Origin: Podarcis pityusensis
Taxonomy: Eukaryota
Assembly: GCA_964106645.2 (NCBI GenBank)
Contig: OZ067042.1
Length of the DNA stretch: 64,000 nt
Strand: one strand, 5' to 3'
The notes beneath the pieces were generated by a model. It worked only from the letters and a program-made list of their open reading frames with translations. It was not told the DNA's origin and made no database searches. The position numbers were made by a program, and so were the translations under genes. Shown here one piece after another: positions 38,201 through 53,200 of this stretch. The first letter of the stretch is position 1, and each line of letters begins with the position of its first letter.

Positions 38201-41200
38201 GCTCTCCAAGTACCCCAAATAATTAAGAGGTGAGGGGGCCGGAGGGCGCGGGAGTTGTGGATATTTTTACAAGGACTGTCTTGCTTTTATATTTTCTCTG
38301 GCATTTTCCTGTTTCATGGAATCAAAGCCACGACAACAATAATATGCTGCTATGATATCCACTCTAACCCAAACACAGTCTTTATTCTCAAGTCCTCATT
38401 CCCTGCCACTTTTTACCCCCAAACAAGTATATCCTTCATCAAATACACGAGCTCACTGTTAATGCAATCTCCTGTTTTTCCCCCATACTGCACTTCCCAG
38501 TTTCTTCCATCCTACGCATTCAGCTTAACATTTCACATATATACTCAGGGCTTTTTTTCAGAGGGTAGGGGGTACTCTAGGGCACACAGTACCAGCACCT
38601 CTTGTTAAAAAGTGTGGCACTTCATGGCGAGTACCGGCCCCCAGCTTTCTAGAAAAAAAGCAAAGTATATATTCCACCATATGCAGCTGTTTTCATAATT
38701 CTGCTTGCTTCCTTGTGCAACACCTGTCAAACTATCTTTGTTTACTACCAGGAGCCTTAGATTTTTCCTGCTTTCATTTTCCCTTTCAGGTTTTCAAAGT
38801 TTTAAGAATTCAGAAATACCTCTAATTGCCGTTAAACACCTTAACACAGTATAAATGATATGTGGCAGTAGCAGCAAAGCAATTGGTTTCTGACACACAC
38901 ACACACACACACACACACTCCTACACCCCAAACCTACCAGTGCAATAGTGCCTTCATTGGAAAGCAAGTAACACAAGCTGGCAGCTTTTCGGACCAGTTG
39001 TTCCTGACTGATCATGTTTGGTGGGATTCCGTTGATGCCATTTCTATGCCTTTTATTCTGTATAGCATGGAGACTACAAGCTAAAGTGAAAAGAAAAAAA
39101 CACATAGTTACCTTTAAAAACAAATCAACAAGTCAAAATCGGCTTCAAACAATTAGAAAAATGGTAATTTTTCAATAAAAAAAATCACACAATTCTTGCA
39201 AAGTAAGATCAAAATACAATAGATTTTGAAATTAGGACAATGTGCAGAAGAGGGAATGAAACTAGGAAGAAAATGTGCTATTCACACCTTTAAAATTATT
39301 CACTGCCTTGAGAAGACACTACACTGCCTTTCAAATGATAGATAGATCAATAATCCTTGCAGCAGCAATCACTACAGTATATGAAATGTTGGCATTGCTC
39401 TATCAAGTGCAGAACTCATAATTTCTTAGTTCGGCTTTGGAACATACCAACAATGGCCTCTTTGAAGAAGACATGCAGTACCCCGTTGCTGTAGAAGTTG
39501 AGTTCAAAGACAGTAGGAATGGATGTGCTGGGTGTGATGAAGAACTCATTGTTTCGGCTGGTGTTTGTGATAGTTATACAGTTCCCCAACAAATGGATGG
39601 CATGCATGACAACATCTTCGGAATTCCCGGAAAATCCCAAGTCATAGTCCCGAGCCAGAACCTCTTCCTTCATGGAAAAAAAATCTTCCACCAGCTTGGA
39701 AAGATCAATACCCTGCAGAAAATCAACCAAAAGATCCAAGACAGTACATCTTTTTTATAAAATACCTTTTAAGATTATGGAAAACTCCATTATCTCTACC
39801 TCCAGTTTTCAAAATCCGTGTATTTGAATTACTAATTGGCTCCAACCTTCCAGGACTCAGTGTCCCCAACCTTTATGGACTTGAGAGAACATTTCAAATT
39901 TTGAGAGTGTGCTGGGGGATCCAGTCACAAAATAGTTGCTAGTGGGAGGTTGTGGCACCACACAAAATGCTTCGAATAGAAGAGCAGGTGTAACACATAG
40001 TTAGAAACACAATCTTTCCAGAGAACCTTATGCTTACTATCGGAAATCAGCTGTGTTCTCCTGCTCCTGACTGTGGAGATCACACAATACTGATTTTGTG
40101 CATACACACTTTTGCTGTGTAATAGCAGCAGGGAGCATTCCTCAGTGCCAGGAAAAATATACACAAAGTGGCAACACCACACTCTCATTTTACAGAAATC
40201 TCTAAGGAGACACCCACTCTACAACTTTCTTTCAGGGAGGGCTAGAGTCTGGCAAATCTGCCCAGAGGCACCAGTGACAGCCTTTATGAGTGACAAGGTA
40301 TCAGTGAGCCCTAGTCTAGGCACTTTGGGATGTTTCCAAACCCTTTTCAGCTAATTTAGGCTAGGCTAGTCTATTCTACTATCATATCCATATCATAAAT
40401 ATAAATAAAAGGTCAAAATAGTTCTCAGCTCAACATTATGTATGAACTGGACTCAATTCTAGCATATACTTCATGTCAGCATTTTTTATTTTAATTTTTG
40501 GTCACATCTTTACTACAAGAAACTGAGTCTTACAGTCACACCCAGTCGGTCACACCCAGTCTGTGTCACCATGTTAAAGAAACATTTAAGGCTGCATAGA
40601 GCAGGAGTGGGGAACATTTGGCCTAGTGATGATTGGAGCTGTAGCGCAGCAACATCTGGAAGGCCAAAGGTTCTTCACACCTGGCTTAAAGTAATTTCCA
40701 AGAAACACTGCAGTAACAATGCTTAATGAAGAAGTTACAGATAGATTCCACAGCACCAATGAATACACCTTCTGTAATGCTTAAGAACCACTGCCCTGAA
40801 CCAATATGGTGTGTTCCACCCCGGTTATGAGCAACTCATCATTTTTGTAACAGCCTCCACAAAAGTAACAATGACTTGTTAGCCTTAAATATCTGAGCCA
40901 CTGTTACAAATGCCAGCAAGCTGACCTTTTGCGTAATCTTAAACTATTCAAATAGCATTTTCTCCTACGAGAATTGCTCCTGTCCACTGGGTCACCCCTG
41001 AATATGCATTGCATTCTCCCTCACAATGTCTAAGGGAAAGGTAGGACGAGAAGATTAGATGTTATACTGTGCAAGACAGGATAAGAAGTGAAAGAAATTA
41101 GAGTAGTACAAACTTTAACAGTAGGGTGGCGCTGTGGTCTAAACCACTGAGCCTAGGGCTTGCCGATTGGAAGGTCGGCAGTTCAAATCCCCACGACGGG

Positions 41201-44200
41201 GTGAGCTCCTGTTGCTCGGTCCCTGCTCCTGCCCACCTAGCAGTTCAAAAGCACATCAAAGTGCAAGTAGATTAATAGGTACCATTCCGGCAGGAAGGTA
41301 AACAGCATTTCTGTGTGCTGCTCCGGTTTCGCCAGAAGCGGCTTAGTCATGCTGGCCACATGACCTGGAAAAAACTGTCTGCGGACAAACGCCGGCTCCC
41401 AGTAAAGCAAGATGAGCGCTGCAACCCCAGAGTCGTTCGCAACTGGACTTAACTGTCAGGGGTCCTTTACCTTTACCTTTTTACAGGATACTTAAGCTCT
41501 GAGGGCTAAAGTTGTGGACTGTGGCAGGATGCACTTGAAAGCCCCTCTGTCATTGCATGTTTCTTGAAAAGATCTACAGGGGGAGTTCTAAACAAATTCT
41601 GTGGAAGATTTAGAAACTTCAGGTTTAGAAACCCCTGCAGACCTTTGCACTAAATGCACGAGGATCTAGAAAGGAAACTGTGCACATAGTGCTGCTGACA
41701 TAATGCTGGCCTCCAGTAACTACTAACAAGTTTGATCTTCATGAGATGACTATGACCAATTCAGAACATTCAAACAACAACAACAACAGAATGGGATCCA
41801 CTGCCTAATTAGCTGGCCAGTTTGCATGGGACTCGGGCGAATGTTGTGACACCTCCAACCCTAGAGGTGAGCAGGATACAACATGGATTACAAGGATACA
41901 GGATATGCTAAGCATCCCTGACATTTAAAAGCTGTCGTCAAGAGAGATGTTCAGAGACGCAGAAGCACAGCAGCCTTACCTGCCTGTGTCGGTAGAGCAG
42001 CAAACAGGCAACAATGTGTGTTGACATCACAGCACATGACTTGTTAGCAGCTAAAAGCAAACAAAACAAAATAAAGCTATGCAGGCACTTTTGTCATGCA
42101 ACTGAAGTGCGTAGAAGGCAACTTGGAACAAAAACGATAGCCGTCAATGAACCACAAACAGCAATCTTTTGTGATTTTATACCGAACGGCTTCACATATT
42201 CAACAGCACAGTGCATGAGACTGGTCCGAAAGAAAGCCAAGTGAACTTCGACTGTGACTTAAATGTTTCAAAGCTAGGAGCAGGCAGCATTTTCTTTGGG
42301 CTGCATTCCCTCAAAGCTAATCTGCTGGAGGTGGGCAGGGCCAGAAGAGCTGGGACCACCCTCCCCCATACTCTATGCCCCCCACCCTTCTGGTGGGGTG
42401 CCAGAAAAGGGACCTATTGCTCTTGCCAGGCCTTAACCAATCACTTGCAGAGGGCTTTTCTCAATTCCTCTTCCTCCAGTTCTTTTTTCAACCCCACCCC
42501 ACACTCCATTTTTCCCCTTCTTACCAAGTGAAATTAGGCAAAGGGCTATGTCACAGGCTCCCCAACCCTGATATATACAATTGGCTCTATTGACAGCTCC
42601 TTTCCACAGTGGTATAAACTTCACTGTGGACATTTGTATAATTTTCTTTTTCCAGCACTGATAGACATCAGGCAGAACTAAGGTGTTTGTTTTTTTAACA
42701 ACTCTGGTTACCTAGGCTACAATCCTATGCCCACTTACCTGGCAGTGAGCCCCACTTAACTGAATGGATCTGAGTATACCTGTAAAGGGTGCATGCGTGC
42801 ACTCAATTTCTTTTCTTTTTTTAAGGTATCTGAAGTAGATAATTATCTTCAGGGTTACTCTATTTACACATTACCCATTCACAAGTAATTCAGGTGTGGT
42901 GTTCCCACAACATCTGGGTTGCTTCCTATATTAAAGTATTGCAGGTGCAAAAGACGAAAGTAAACCACCATAGCAAAAGGAAGTCACTACTTGCCTCAGG
43001 ACTAGCAGATGAAATAAAAACCTTACTAAGAGGCCCATTCAAAATAAGACCCTTCAAAACTAAGAAAAAGATAAAATGTAAAAAAAAAAAATTATGATAA
43101 CAAGGGCACAGGGTTCTGAAAGAGGAACGCCCTGCCATATATAAAAGCATAATGGAAGCAGAGAGTCATATCTGAACTTTAACAGCTACTTACTGAACAT
43201 TACGTGCTCTGCCAAGTTAGCGATTAACTGTCTTCTCAATGGTTCACAGGATAAATCCCTGGAATCAGGAAGTGCAGCTCCTGTACCTTCTTCTACCACA
43301 TAATTAGGTCTAAAGAAAGTAAACATACAAAGATGATTTAGGCTTACAGTTCTAAGATAAATTATTACATCTCGTAGGCTCAAAGCACAAAAATATTTCA
43401 GTAATGACGTCTTGTGTATTTGAGTGTAGGCTACAATTCCTCATACTATTTGACTGCTTAAGATCATGTATGTAAGATGCTTAGAAGGGAGGCACCTGTA
43501 AAACTACCTGAAAGCTGCTTTAGGCTCCAAGAAGCATCAATATGTAAAAACAAACCACAGGATATGTCCACTACTGTCTGACACTAGTGCTCTCCCAGTT
43601 ATCTCACACACATACAGGTAAATCTTTCTACAACTACTCGCATCTTCAAGCCGTTGCATGTTAGCCTAGAGACATTCTAGACTCTTACAGCAGCTCCAAG
43701 ATTGTATCACAACTCAAAGGCATCATGATGCAACATTAAGGGTGGGATGACAGCTACGCACCAAAATTTATTTATACACATCTTTTCTCTCATATCAGCA
43801 AGTCTGCACAAGTTTGTCGTCTTTTAATACACGAGTGTATTTTTGCAACAGGTGCTGCAAAAAACCAAGAAAGAAGCTTTCAGTCCATCAACTTTGCCTA
43901 TTATAATCCAGTACCTAACAGGCATGAATTACTGAAGATTAATGACTTGGAATTGCTTCCAACAAAATCATCTCATTAGTGCAAAGGCTTCCTCTTGTGC
44001 AACGGTACTTCTCCCTTTCCTCTCACGCTTCCCGAACTGCTCCGGGGGACTGGAGGAATCCCGGTACAGATTTTGGGCAGCATGCGGGACAGGAACTCAA
44101 GTTGCACAAGCTGAAGTCCAGTCACTAATGGGCCAACTTTGCTGGCTAAAACCCAAGCCTGCAATCCTATGCCCACTTATCTGGGGAAAAGCCCAATTGA

Positions 44201-47200
44201 ACACAGGCGATGATGGGAGGCTTTCTATGCCTTTTTCCCTTTAAAAACATTCCTTCCATTGACTCTTAAGGGAGGGGAATTACTACACCAGCTTCAGTGT
44301 TGAGTACAGGAGGAGAAGAAACCTCTCTCAGCAGAACCGTGCACAGAAATGATTAAGGAGCTTTACAACATCAACACTTGGCGTTCCTTTAAGTAGGGGA
44401 AAGAAAGGGAAGCTGGTATGGCTCAGCTGCTGCTGAGATTTACCAAAAAGCTCTGAGATCTCCTGCTCTGTTTGTGCAGGCAGGCAATGGCAAAGGGATG
44501 CACTGATGACAGTACTAGTTCTCCACAGAGGCACTCAAGAAAGTGGTAGGCTGGGAAGAAACTTCTTTAATGAAACAAGCCATTGTTTGATTGCCTGTGG
44601 GACAACTTGTGGTTTGTTTGCAGTAAGCCTTAGCATTTGCTAAGCCAGGCTTAGCATGACACGTGAACCAGGCCACTATGATCTTGTGATAACATTTGTT
44701 TAAATTCAACCTGCTGCAGCTCAACAAAGCCTACAAGAGAACATTTCAAAGACTCAGAATCATGGGCTGATATAAACTTGTTCAGTGCTGCTCAAACTCC
44801 GCAGCTCAGTCCTACCTTGACGGGAGTACAGCTGGTAAGAGAGTTTGCTCCAGAGAAAGAGGGACAGGCACAGGCATAGGCTTCTGGCTTTGGCCATCCA
44901 AATATTCCTGCAAATACACAAGGTTATTCATGTATTTCTCCCAGGAAAATGTAGCACTCCAACAGCCATCTTACTCACCACTGAAAGTAGCTTTGAAAAG
45001 TAGGATAAAGAAAATGTATTTAAGATTTCAAGGAAACAGATGCTGAAGCTGCAACATTTCTGCAATAAACTTTGGTCCTCTGTGATGTCCTTAGCATTAA
45101 CTAATCAATGCTATTCAGCTGTAAGCAGTAAGCAGAATTGAAATTGACATTTACGCATTTTGAGGGATGTAACAATTTTTGGGTGTACATGCTTCCCTAT
45201 GTTCTATCTACATTAATAAGCACAAGTAACTGACGGGACAGTTCACGCGAGTACACAATTTTTTGGAGGGGAAAGAAATCTTTTAAAAAAATCAATCTCA
45301 TTAGCACTAAACATTTAAGTACAATTATGAGATTTTTTTAAAAAATAAAGACTCCTTAAAGTAAAGTTTAAATATGACAGGAAGTGTTTGGGAGTAAATC
45401 TGTAGGTGGCTAAAAGAAGGAGCAGGAGGAGGAGGAGGAGGAGGAGGAGGAGGAGGAGGAGGAGGAGGAGGAAGGTGCTAAAATGACAGCCATAAGAAAG
45501 GCAACCTATTTTTAAAAAAATATATTTAAAATTAGTGGTCTTTAAGTAATATTGCATGGATATTCTAAACAGTATGAGTAGCCCCGAGGCACTATTGTGC
45601 TGATTAAAAGGTTGATGAGAAACAACATGGTGATAGGATGAAGAACAACAACATGGTAATAAAAGGACACCCACTGGAACGATAGTAGTGAAGATGCGCC
45701 AAATGATCATTATGTTTGTATTAAGTCACTGCACACATCAAAACCACACTTCTTTGAAAAGATGGAAGAGAAATGCTAGGGTGATCCACATCTGTGGTAA
45801 CAGAACTACAGTTCTGTTCTCTATTAGTGGTTCTGTCACTATGTATGTAAACACAGTTTCTAACAACCAAAATGCCTCTATTATTGCCGCCTTTACTAAA
45901 CAGCTCATTTAGATTTGTTTTCACAACATTGCATGCACTGCACCATGAAGATACACATTCAAGACAATATAATCTTACTCCAGATAAGGCTCCATAGCTT
46001 CATCTAAGTCTTGGGCATTTGAGGTATTGGTGAAAACACAGTCAAATATTTCTAAAGCATTAACCTTTATTACAAGTTTGCACACTTTAAACATCAACAG
46101 CTTTGATATACATCCTAGTTTAATTTCACAATGATGATTAACTTTTAAAAATGTTAAGCAGTTTCAGAAGTTAAACAGTTTCCAGATCTGAGTCCAATCT
46201 GCCACAGGATCTTTGCAGAGCTGACGGGGCAAAGGGGCATTTCCTGGTTCCTGCAGCAAGCGAGACTGAGTTGTGAGCAGTCCAAGGCAAAGAGGTTTGC
46301 CACTAATGACTGCTAAAGTTCCCATTTCTGATCAGAGAAGCCTGTAGTTACAGCTGGTGGCTAGCTGGGAAATCTTTGTCCCCAATCACTGCAATACAAG
46401 GGGGAACACATCCCTCAGTCCTGTCCCTGCTAGCAAATGACGCTACAATTAAAAGTAGTGAAGCCACCCAGACTGTGGCATCTTTGGCTTCATGGAGAAT
46501 CTGACCACAGTCAAATAACAGGCAGTAAACTAACTGGTTAATTGACAATATTTAACAAGTCAGTCAATTGACTGACATGCTAGCCATAACCCTTCTGCAA
46601 AATATATTAAACCCACCCAGGATGAAAACAGAGATACAGAATTGGGAGTAGAACATATCTGGAAGTGATCAAAGGAAGAGTCTGAAGATTTTGGGCCTGG
46701 GACTGCTATAAGAGGCTACCGTATAAAATTTTACAGGTTACACTGAAAGGCAAGCAAACTGCAAAAAGACAAGTAAATCCAAGAAAAGTGGGCATGGATG
46801 TGAAGCAATAGTTACAAAGCCTATCACCTGTACAACTAAGTATTTTCAAATATAATATGATACTGGGCAGTATCTTCATAAGTTTTGCTAGTGCAAGGAC
46901 TTTTGGGCTTTGCAACAGAACTTCCCCTCCCTCTCCTCCCCCTGCGTCCCTCTGAATCTGTTCTGGGGTTTCAGCCAGTCCTCCAGAACAGATTTGGGGA
47001 GAGCACAAGGATGTGCAGGCAGAGGAGAGGGAAGGGAAGTTCTGTTGCATAAGAAGAAACCCTTGTGCTAGTGGAAGGACTTCATTGGATAACACCCATT
47101 ATATCCAACTACACACAGGTTGAAACATATGTATAGCTTGCTGGGTGTGCTGATAAAGCCAATTTTAGGCATGTAGGAGTTGTAATAGAATTAAGGCTTT

Positions 47201-50200
47201 CTAAAGTGAAGAAGTTATGAGAACACCTTTATATGAATAAAGAATAGAGAAGAATAAATATATGCCACTGGTAATTAATATTATAGGATATGAGACCTTG
47301 CTATCTCAGTGAAATTGACTTATTTATGAACTCATTAAGGAAATAAATCCTGAAGCTATCCCTGTGTAAATGATAGGAGGTACTGGAATTAAAGCAATAT
47401 GCACTTATTTCGAATTTCTGAACACAGAAGGGGATTATGTTCTACTGGCTTGCTAAATTATGCATACAAAGCTACCTGTCAGGAACACCGCTGCAATAAA
47501 ACTTAATTAGAAGTGCCCTGCATATTTCCATCAGCTGAAAAAGTGACACGAAGCGGCTTTTTTCTTAGCTCATACCACATTCCTTGGTGAGCCAACATTT
47601 CTCAGGCAGCAAAAGTACATGATGGCCTGACTGGCATCCCACTGATTTCCTTTTACTTAAGAATTCTAATTTGTTTATTATTAGCCCCCTGGAAATCAAA
47701 TCCATCAATATATTTGTACAATTCAACAACGTACACAAAATTGGTTTATGGCTGGAAGCGGAGAAGTAAGACCAATGGCTTCTGTGGAATCTCTTTTGGA
47801 AACTAGCTAAAGACTACAACACTAGATATGCAGAACTGGTAATATTAGCACCTTTTTTGACATCTTCTTCTGTACTATTAGAGTTGGTGCATCTTAAGTG
47901 CTGTTATCCTTCAGCTGTAAGTGAATTATATTTTAACTGTAGAATCAAAGATTTATCTCTGCATTCTTCAGCAGCTTTATTGCTATTAAAAACTTCTAAC
48001 AGTAACACGTATGATGGAATCTGTGGTAGGGGTGTGACAAACACAGCCAATCCAACCAATTCAACAGTTTTAGATCCTATGCATGCATTATTTTTTTCCG
48101 TGAAATTACAAACCTCTTTTTTAACTGCCTGCTATATATCCTGACCTCCTGCCAACCTAGCAGTTCGAAAGCATGTCAAAGTGCAAGTAGATAAATAGGT
48201 ACCACTCCGGTGGGAAGGTAAACGGCGTTTCCGCGCGCTGCTCTGGTTCGCCAGAAGCGGCTTAGTCATGCTGGCCACATGACCCGGAAGCTGTACGCCG
48301 GCTCCCTCGGCCAATAAAGCGAGATGAACGCCGCAACCCCAGAGTCGGCCATGACTGGACCTAATGGTCAGGGGTCCCTTTACCTTTATATGTCCTGACA
48401 AAATTTCAAGTATAAAATTGGACTGGTCACGAGTTTCCATTCTGTCCTAGTGATGGAGAGAAATAAGTTCTCCTGTGCTCATAGGTAAGAAGACTTAAGC
48501 TCTTCTGAAATCAGGAGGCAAGCAATCATTTCTCTTCCCCACATTGAGAGATAGCTTCAATCTGTTGGTCGGTAAAACTACTCCATTGAAGCAACTTTAT
48601 GGTCAGATACCAAAGTCCAATGAAACAGTATGAGTAAGAAAGGGGTGATGTGGGAAAATACATCCACAGGTAGCTCTGGAAGAAGGAACCAACAAGGCAT
48701 GCAAGAAAACGGGACAGGTATCGCTGAATGGACTAGGATCCACAGCTGAACAGACCACTGGGCCAGGCTGACTAAGACAGAACGGAAGTTCACATGAAGT
48801 CCAATTTTTCTTTCTTGCCTAGTGACATATAGTCTTAAGAATATTTTATCACCATAGTTGTAACTCCGCAATAAGAAATTATGTTCATATTATATGAACT
48901 TACTTTCAGAGAAAACGGTTGAGCGAAATCTACCCTAACACAGCCGTAATTCTTCCGCAGCATTCGGAAGACTCCTCTGGCCACGCTCCAAAGGCTTTCG
49001 TTCTTCTTGGGCTTCCCCTGTGAAACATCGGGAGAGCAAGGCAGTTCAACAATTGCATCTAAAAGCTACTTAATGTTAAACAAGTTCATAAATCCAAGCC
49101 ACCTAAGTATGCTCAGAAATAAATCTGGGCAACAGCTCAAGCATCGTAAAAAGCATTGTGGTCACTTGGGCCATTTCCTCTAAGCCAGACATCTATTTGG
49201 ATATTTCAAATGCTGTTTATGAAAATCATTATTCAGATGTCATTTTCCCTTGTATCTCGACTTGCTACAAATAAGTATTTGCGAAGATCAGCATGCAATT
49301 TATGTTTCCAAGGTCCTGCTTTCTGACCAAAGGGGACACATTTTTATCACCAAGATGGTTACAACTGACAGTGATCTAAATATCTGCTGAGCGGACAATA
49401 GCATTCCAAACACTTTTACCAGCTGTTCACTGTTGTAGTGGCCTTCAATGATTCTATCATAGGATATTCCCACGGGTATGATTAGGATGTCTGGAGTAGC
49501 ATTTGAATACAGAGCGTCCACCACTACTGATAAAAGGCCTGCCCTTCCACAGGATGTCTTTCCACTCCGGGACCGGGTGCCCTCCAGGAATATCTCTAAG
49601 AACTGCTGCTGGCGAAGCAACTCTTGGATATGCTAAATGAAGAATGAACAACAACCAAAAAATCAGACACAAGTTATTTGCATTCCTCTTTTATATCTGT
49701 AATAATATCCTCCCTTGCTGCATTTTTTTATTATTCCTCCCTCCTGACACCCTCACTGTACTGTGGCTCAGTATCCACCAGAATTCCACTAATCCTCCAA
49801 TCCAATAAGTATTTGTAAAACAACTATATTGTTGTTCTGTACGTAATTGCAAACTATTATATTGCTGCATACCTAAAGAATCTCCCAAATATTCAGAAAT
49901 CACTTCCTTTCTTAAAGGAAGGGGTGTGAGTGCTTTTTCACAGGAGCATCCAAACTCACTGGCAGGTTTTCAGTCCTCATTTTCTTTGAAAGTCAGTTTT
50001 TTCCAGGAAACAGAAGAAAGTGTGTAACACACACCACACACACACACCCCCCCCCCTTTTAAACCAGTTTCTGAGACATGAAACACTGGAGAACCTACAC
50101 AGGATCTCTAGCAAAGTAGGTGGCACCAAGCCCAGCATTGCACAATATAATTCTAGTCCATGCGCAGTGATCCCATTAGTTTTATTGGGATTACACAGTA

Positions 50201-53200
50201 ACATAGAAGGACAATGAGTGCTGCAAGTTTATAGGTGTCCTTGACATCCGCTGAAAGGACTACCAATTAAGGGTATTCAAAGGTGCGAGACTGCTTCGGT
50301 ATCTGAGGTACAGGCATTTCTGCAGATGCTCCATACAGTACACAACAGCACTAACAGCGTCACAAACTTGTGTAAAACATGTTTGCTTTGTATTATACAG
50401 TGGTACCTCGGGCTAGGAACTTAATTCATTCTGGAGGTCCGTTCTTAACCTGAGGTACCACTTTAGCTAATGGGGCCTCCCACTGCTGCTGCGTGATTTC
50501 TGTTCTCATCCTGAAGCAAAGTTCTTAACCCGAGGTACTATTTCTGGGTTAGCGGAGTCTGTAACCTGAAGCGTCTTTAACCTGAGGTAGCACTGTATTG
50601 TTTTTAAAAAGGTTATTTGCTGTTATTTTCTGCTCTATTTTTAACTGGTTTTATTATATTTTGTACATTGCCTTAAGACATATATGTGGAAGGCAATTAA
50701 TAAACAATATACAGAGTAATTCCGCATTCTTTTTCTTCAAAGGGGCATATCCCACCACCTACTGCCAATATAAAGAACACCCTCCAGATTATATTGGAAC
50801 CTGCGGTCTTACAGATGCCACTGGACCACAACTTCCATCCATCCTTGATGGGTGTTGGACTCCAATAACATATGGGAGGCCAGGGACTCCCCATCCCTGT
50901 TCAACTGTATCTTACACCACACACGTTTAGATGCAACTAATTCCTAATTATTAAGACGTTTAAAATGCTACCTCTTCTTCTTTTTTGCTATGTAACTGTT
51001 GAACCTTGCCACAAACCTGCACACCCCACAATCAAGCCTGAGATGGTGGCCTGGCTCTTCAAATACTTTGCAGAGATAAGCCTTGAATTAAGAAAAAGAT
51101 ACATACCACATACAGCAAGGTTCTGTACAAAATATCTTTACGGCCATCGGGCCTCTCATCCAATTTTCTCCGTATAAAAAACCCTCCAAGCTTGTGGATC
51201 AAAGTGCTATGGGTAAAGAAATACCCTTTTTTATTAAAAGGCTAAGAATGTTAACATTAGCACAGGCTGTTGTGTCCACAGTGTGATATAACCATACAAC
51301 TCAATGATTGATCTCTCTGCATGAGAAAGCTACACATTAAGTTCTGTAGTAAAAAGGTAAAGGTAAAGGGACCCCTGACCATTAGGTCCAGTCGTGACCG
51401 ACTCTGGGGTTGCGGCACTCATCTCGCTTTATTGGCCGAGGGAGCCGGCATACAGCTTCCGGATCATGTGGCCAGCATGACTAAGCCACTTCTGGAGAAC
51501 CAGAGCAGCGCGCGGAAACGCCGTTTACCTTCCTGCCAGAGCGGTACCTATTTATCTACTTGCACTTTGATGCACTTTCAAACTGCTAGATTGGCAGGAG
51601 CAGGGACCGAGCAACGGGAGCTCACCTCGTGGCGGGGATTCAAACTGCCGACCTTCTGATCGGCAAGTCCTAGGCTCTGTGGTTTAACCCACAGTGCCAC
51701 CCACGTCCCTGAGTTCTGTGGTACCGCAGACAAATGTTGGTAGTCCATATATGAGCACAAGCTCTCCAGTACACAGAAATTAGGGACAACAGGCTTCGTA
51801 GAAATCCTTTTATGGCGACTACCAATATATACGTTTTTCAAAGCGGTATAATTTTGGCTCCAGCTGTTTTTAAACAACTTTACTTTCAAAAAAACAATTT
51901 ACTAATTATTTCTTATGTCACTTGTTCTTAAAGGCTAAATTAAGAAAAGTTTTGACACCACAATTTTGTTATTAAAATTGCCTTGTACTAGAGATCTTTA
52001 CTGGTTCAACCAGACAAGATTTATTTGGCCTGGCGAAGATTGCAATATTACATATATAGAAATAAAACAAGCCTGAAGTCCCTCCTATGCCTTAGAATAT
52101 AAACAGGTGAAAATTTAAGGAAGTAACAAACAAAAATGTCAGTATGGTATACATTGGGATAACAGAAAATTAGCAAAGCGGCTCACAATTTTCACATAAA
52201 ATTCTTACAGTGTTCGCAACTCTAACCAATTATTCTGGTCAGATCAATGAAAAATGGGGAAGAAAAAGATCAAGTCACACAACTATTTGTATAAAAGCCC
52301 TTCCATCTAGCCAAAAATTTGTGGCCTAACATTTTGTGACTTAAAATTGTGGCTCTCTATTATTTATACCTAATAACAGCATATAACGCTGAATAAAAGG
52401 CTACTATAGAATTTAATAAAACTACAGTATAGAAGATTGTTCTGACTAAATCGTCTACCATTTCAGAGATTAAAATCCTATTTACACTTACTTGGGTCCC
52501 TAAACTCACTGAAACTTATTTCCAAATAAGCATGCATAATATTAGACATAATATCACCGCCAGGACTTGCAATCATAAATAGAAGGTGCCACATACATTA
52601 TCTTGTGTTATATGAACATGAAGCAGACTACAGCATAACTAAACATGACGTGTGCCTATCTGCTGATACACCTTTTATCAAGGAAGTTACATTTGCCTCA
52701 CTTTCTATGGCTGAAAACATTCTGCTCCATTAACGGTCAAGAATTACACACCTTTGAAGCTCACTAAATTAACTGAATGCTTATTTTGATGACCTTGGGA
52801 AAATGTACCAGGCACCAACAAGTGTTATGAGCAACTAAGGATTGGGGCCAAAGCCTTCACTGGTTTGAGTGCATTTTTTTTTATATACTAATAATTACAT
52901 TAGAATGCAAGAATATGACCACTACTGGCATATTAATTGGATTCCTTTGCCAATATAAAATTATTCCAGCAATTGCAGGCCAAGTGTTAAAACAAGCAAG
53001 ACAGTTACTGGGGCACTGCAAGTTAAGCACAAAATTTATTTGCCAGCATACGAAGGTTCATTTAGCTAGGATTTTGATACAGTAATCCACATGGCCGAAA
53101 TGAACAAAGTGAAAGTATACATGAATAGAACATTACCTGAAAATGGGGATATTCAGATTATTCCCTGCAGCAATGTACGGTGCTTTGATGTTATGACAGA

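Noticed and set aside
45315-45710. 131-aa ORF with a poly-Leu, signal-peptide-like run
   Set aside because: Produced by the (GGA)n microsatellite inside a GPAM intron
50398-50595. Short interspaced repeats (taacctgaggta) superficially like a CRISPR array
   Set aside because: Internal repeats of a TA-flanked mariner MITE in a vertebrate intron; irregular spacing and no cas genes
48132-51889. Similar ORFs (KVKGPLTIRSS...HVASMTKPLL) recurring at several loci, resembling a gene family
   Set aside because: They are antisense translations of Sauria SINE copies
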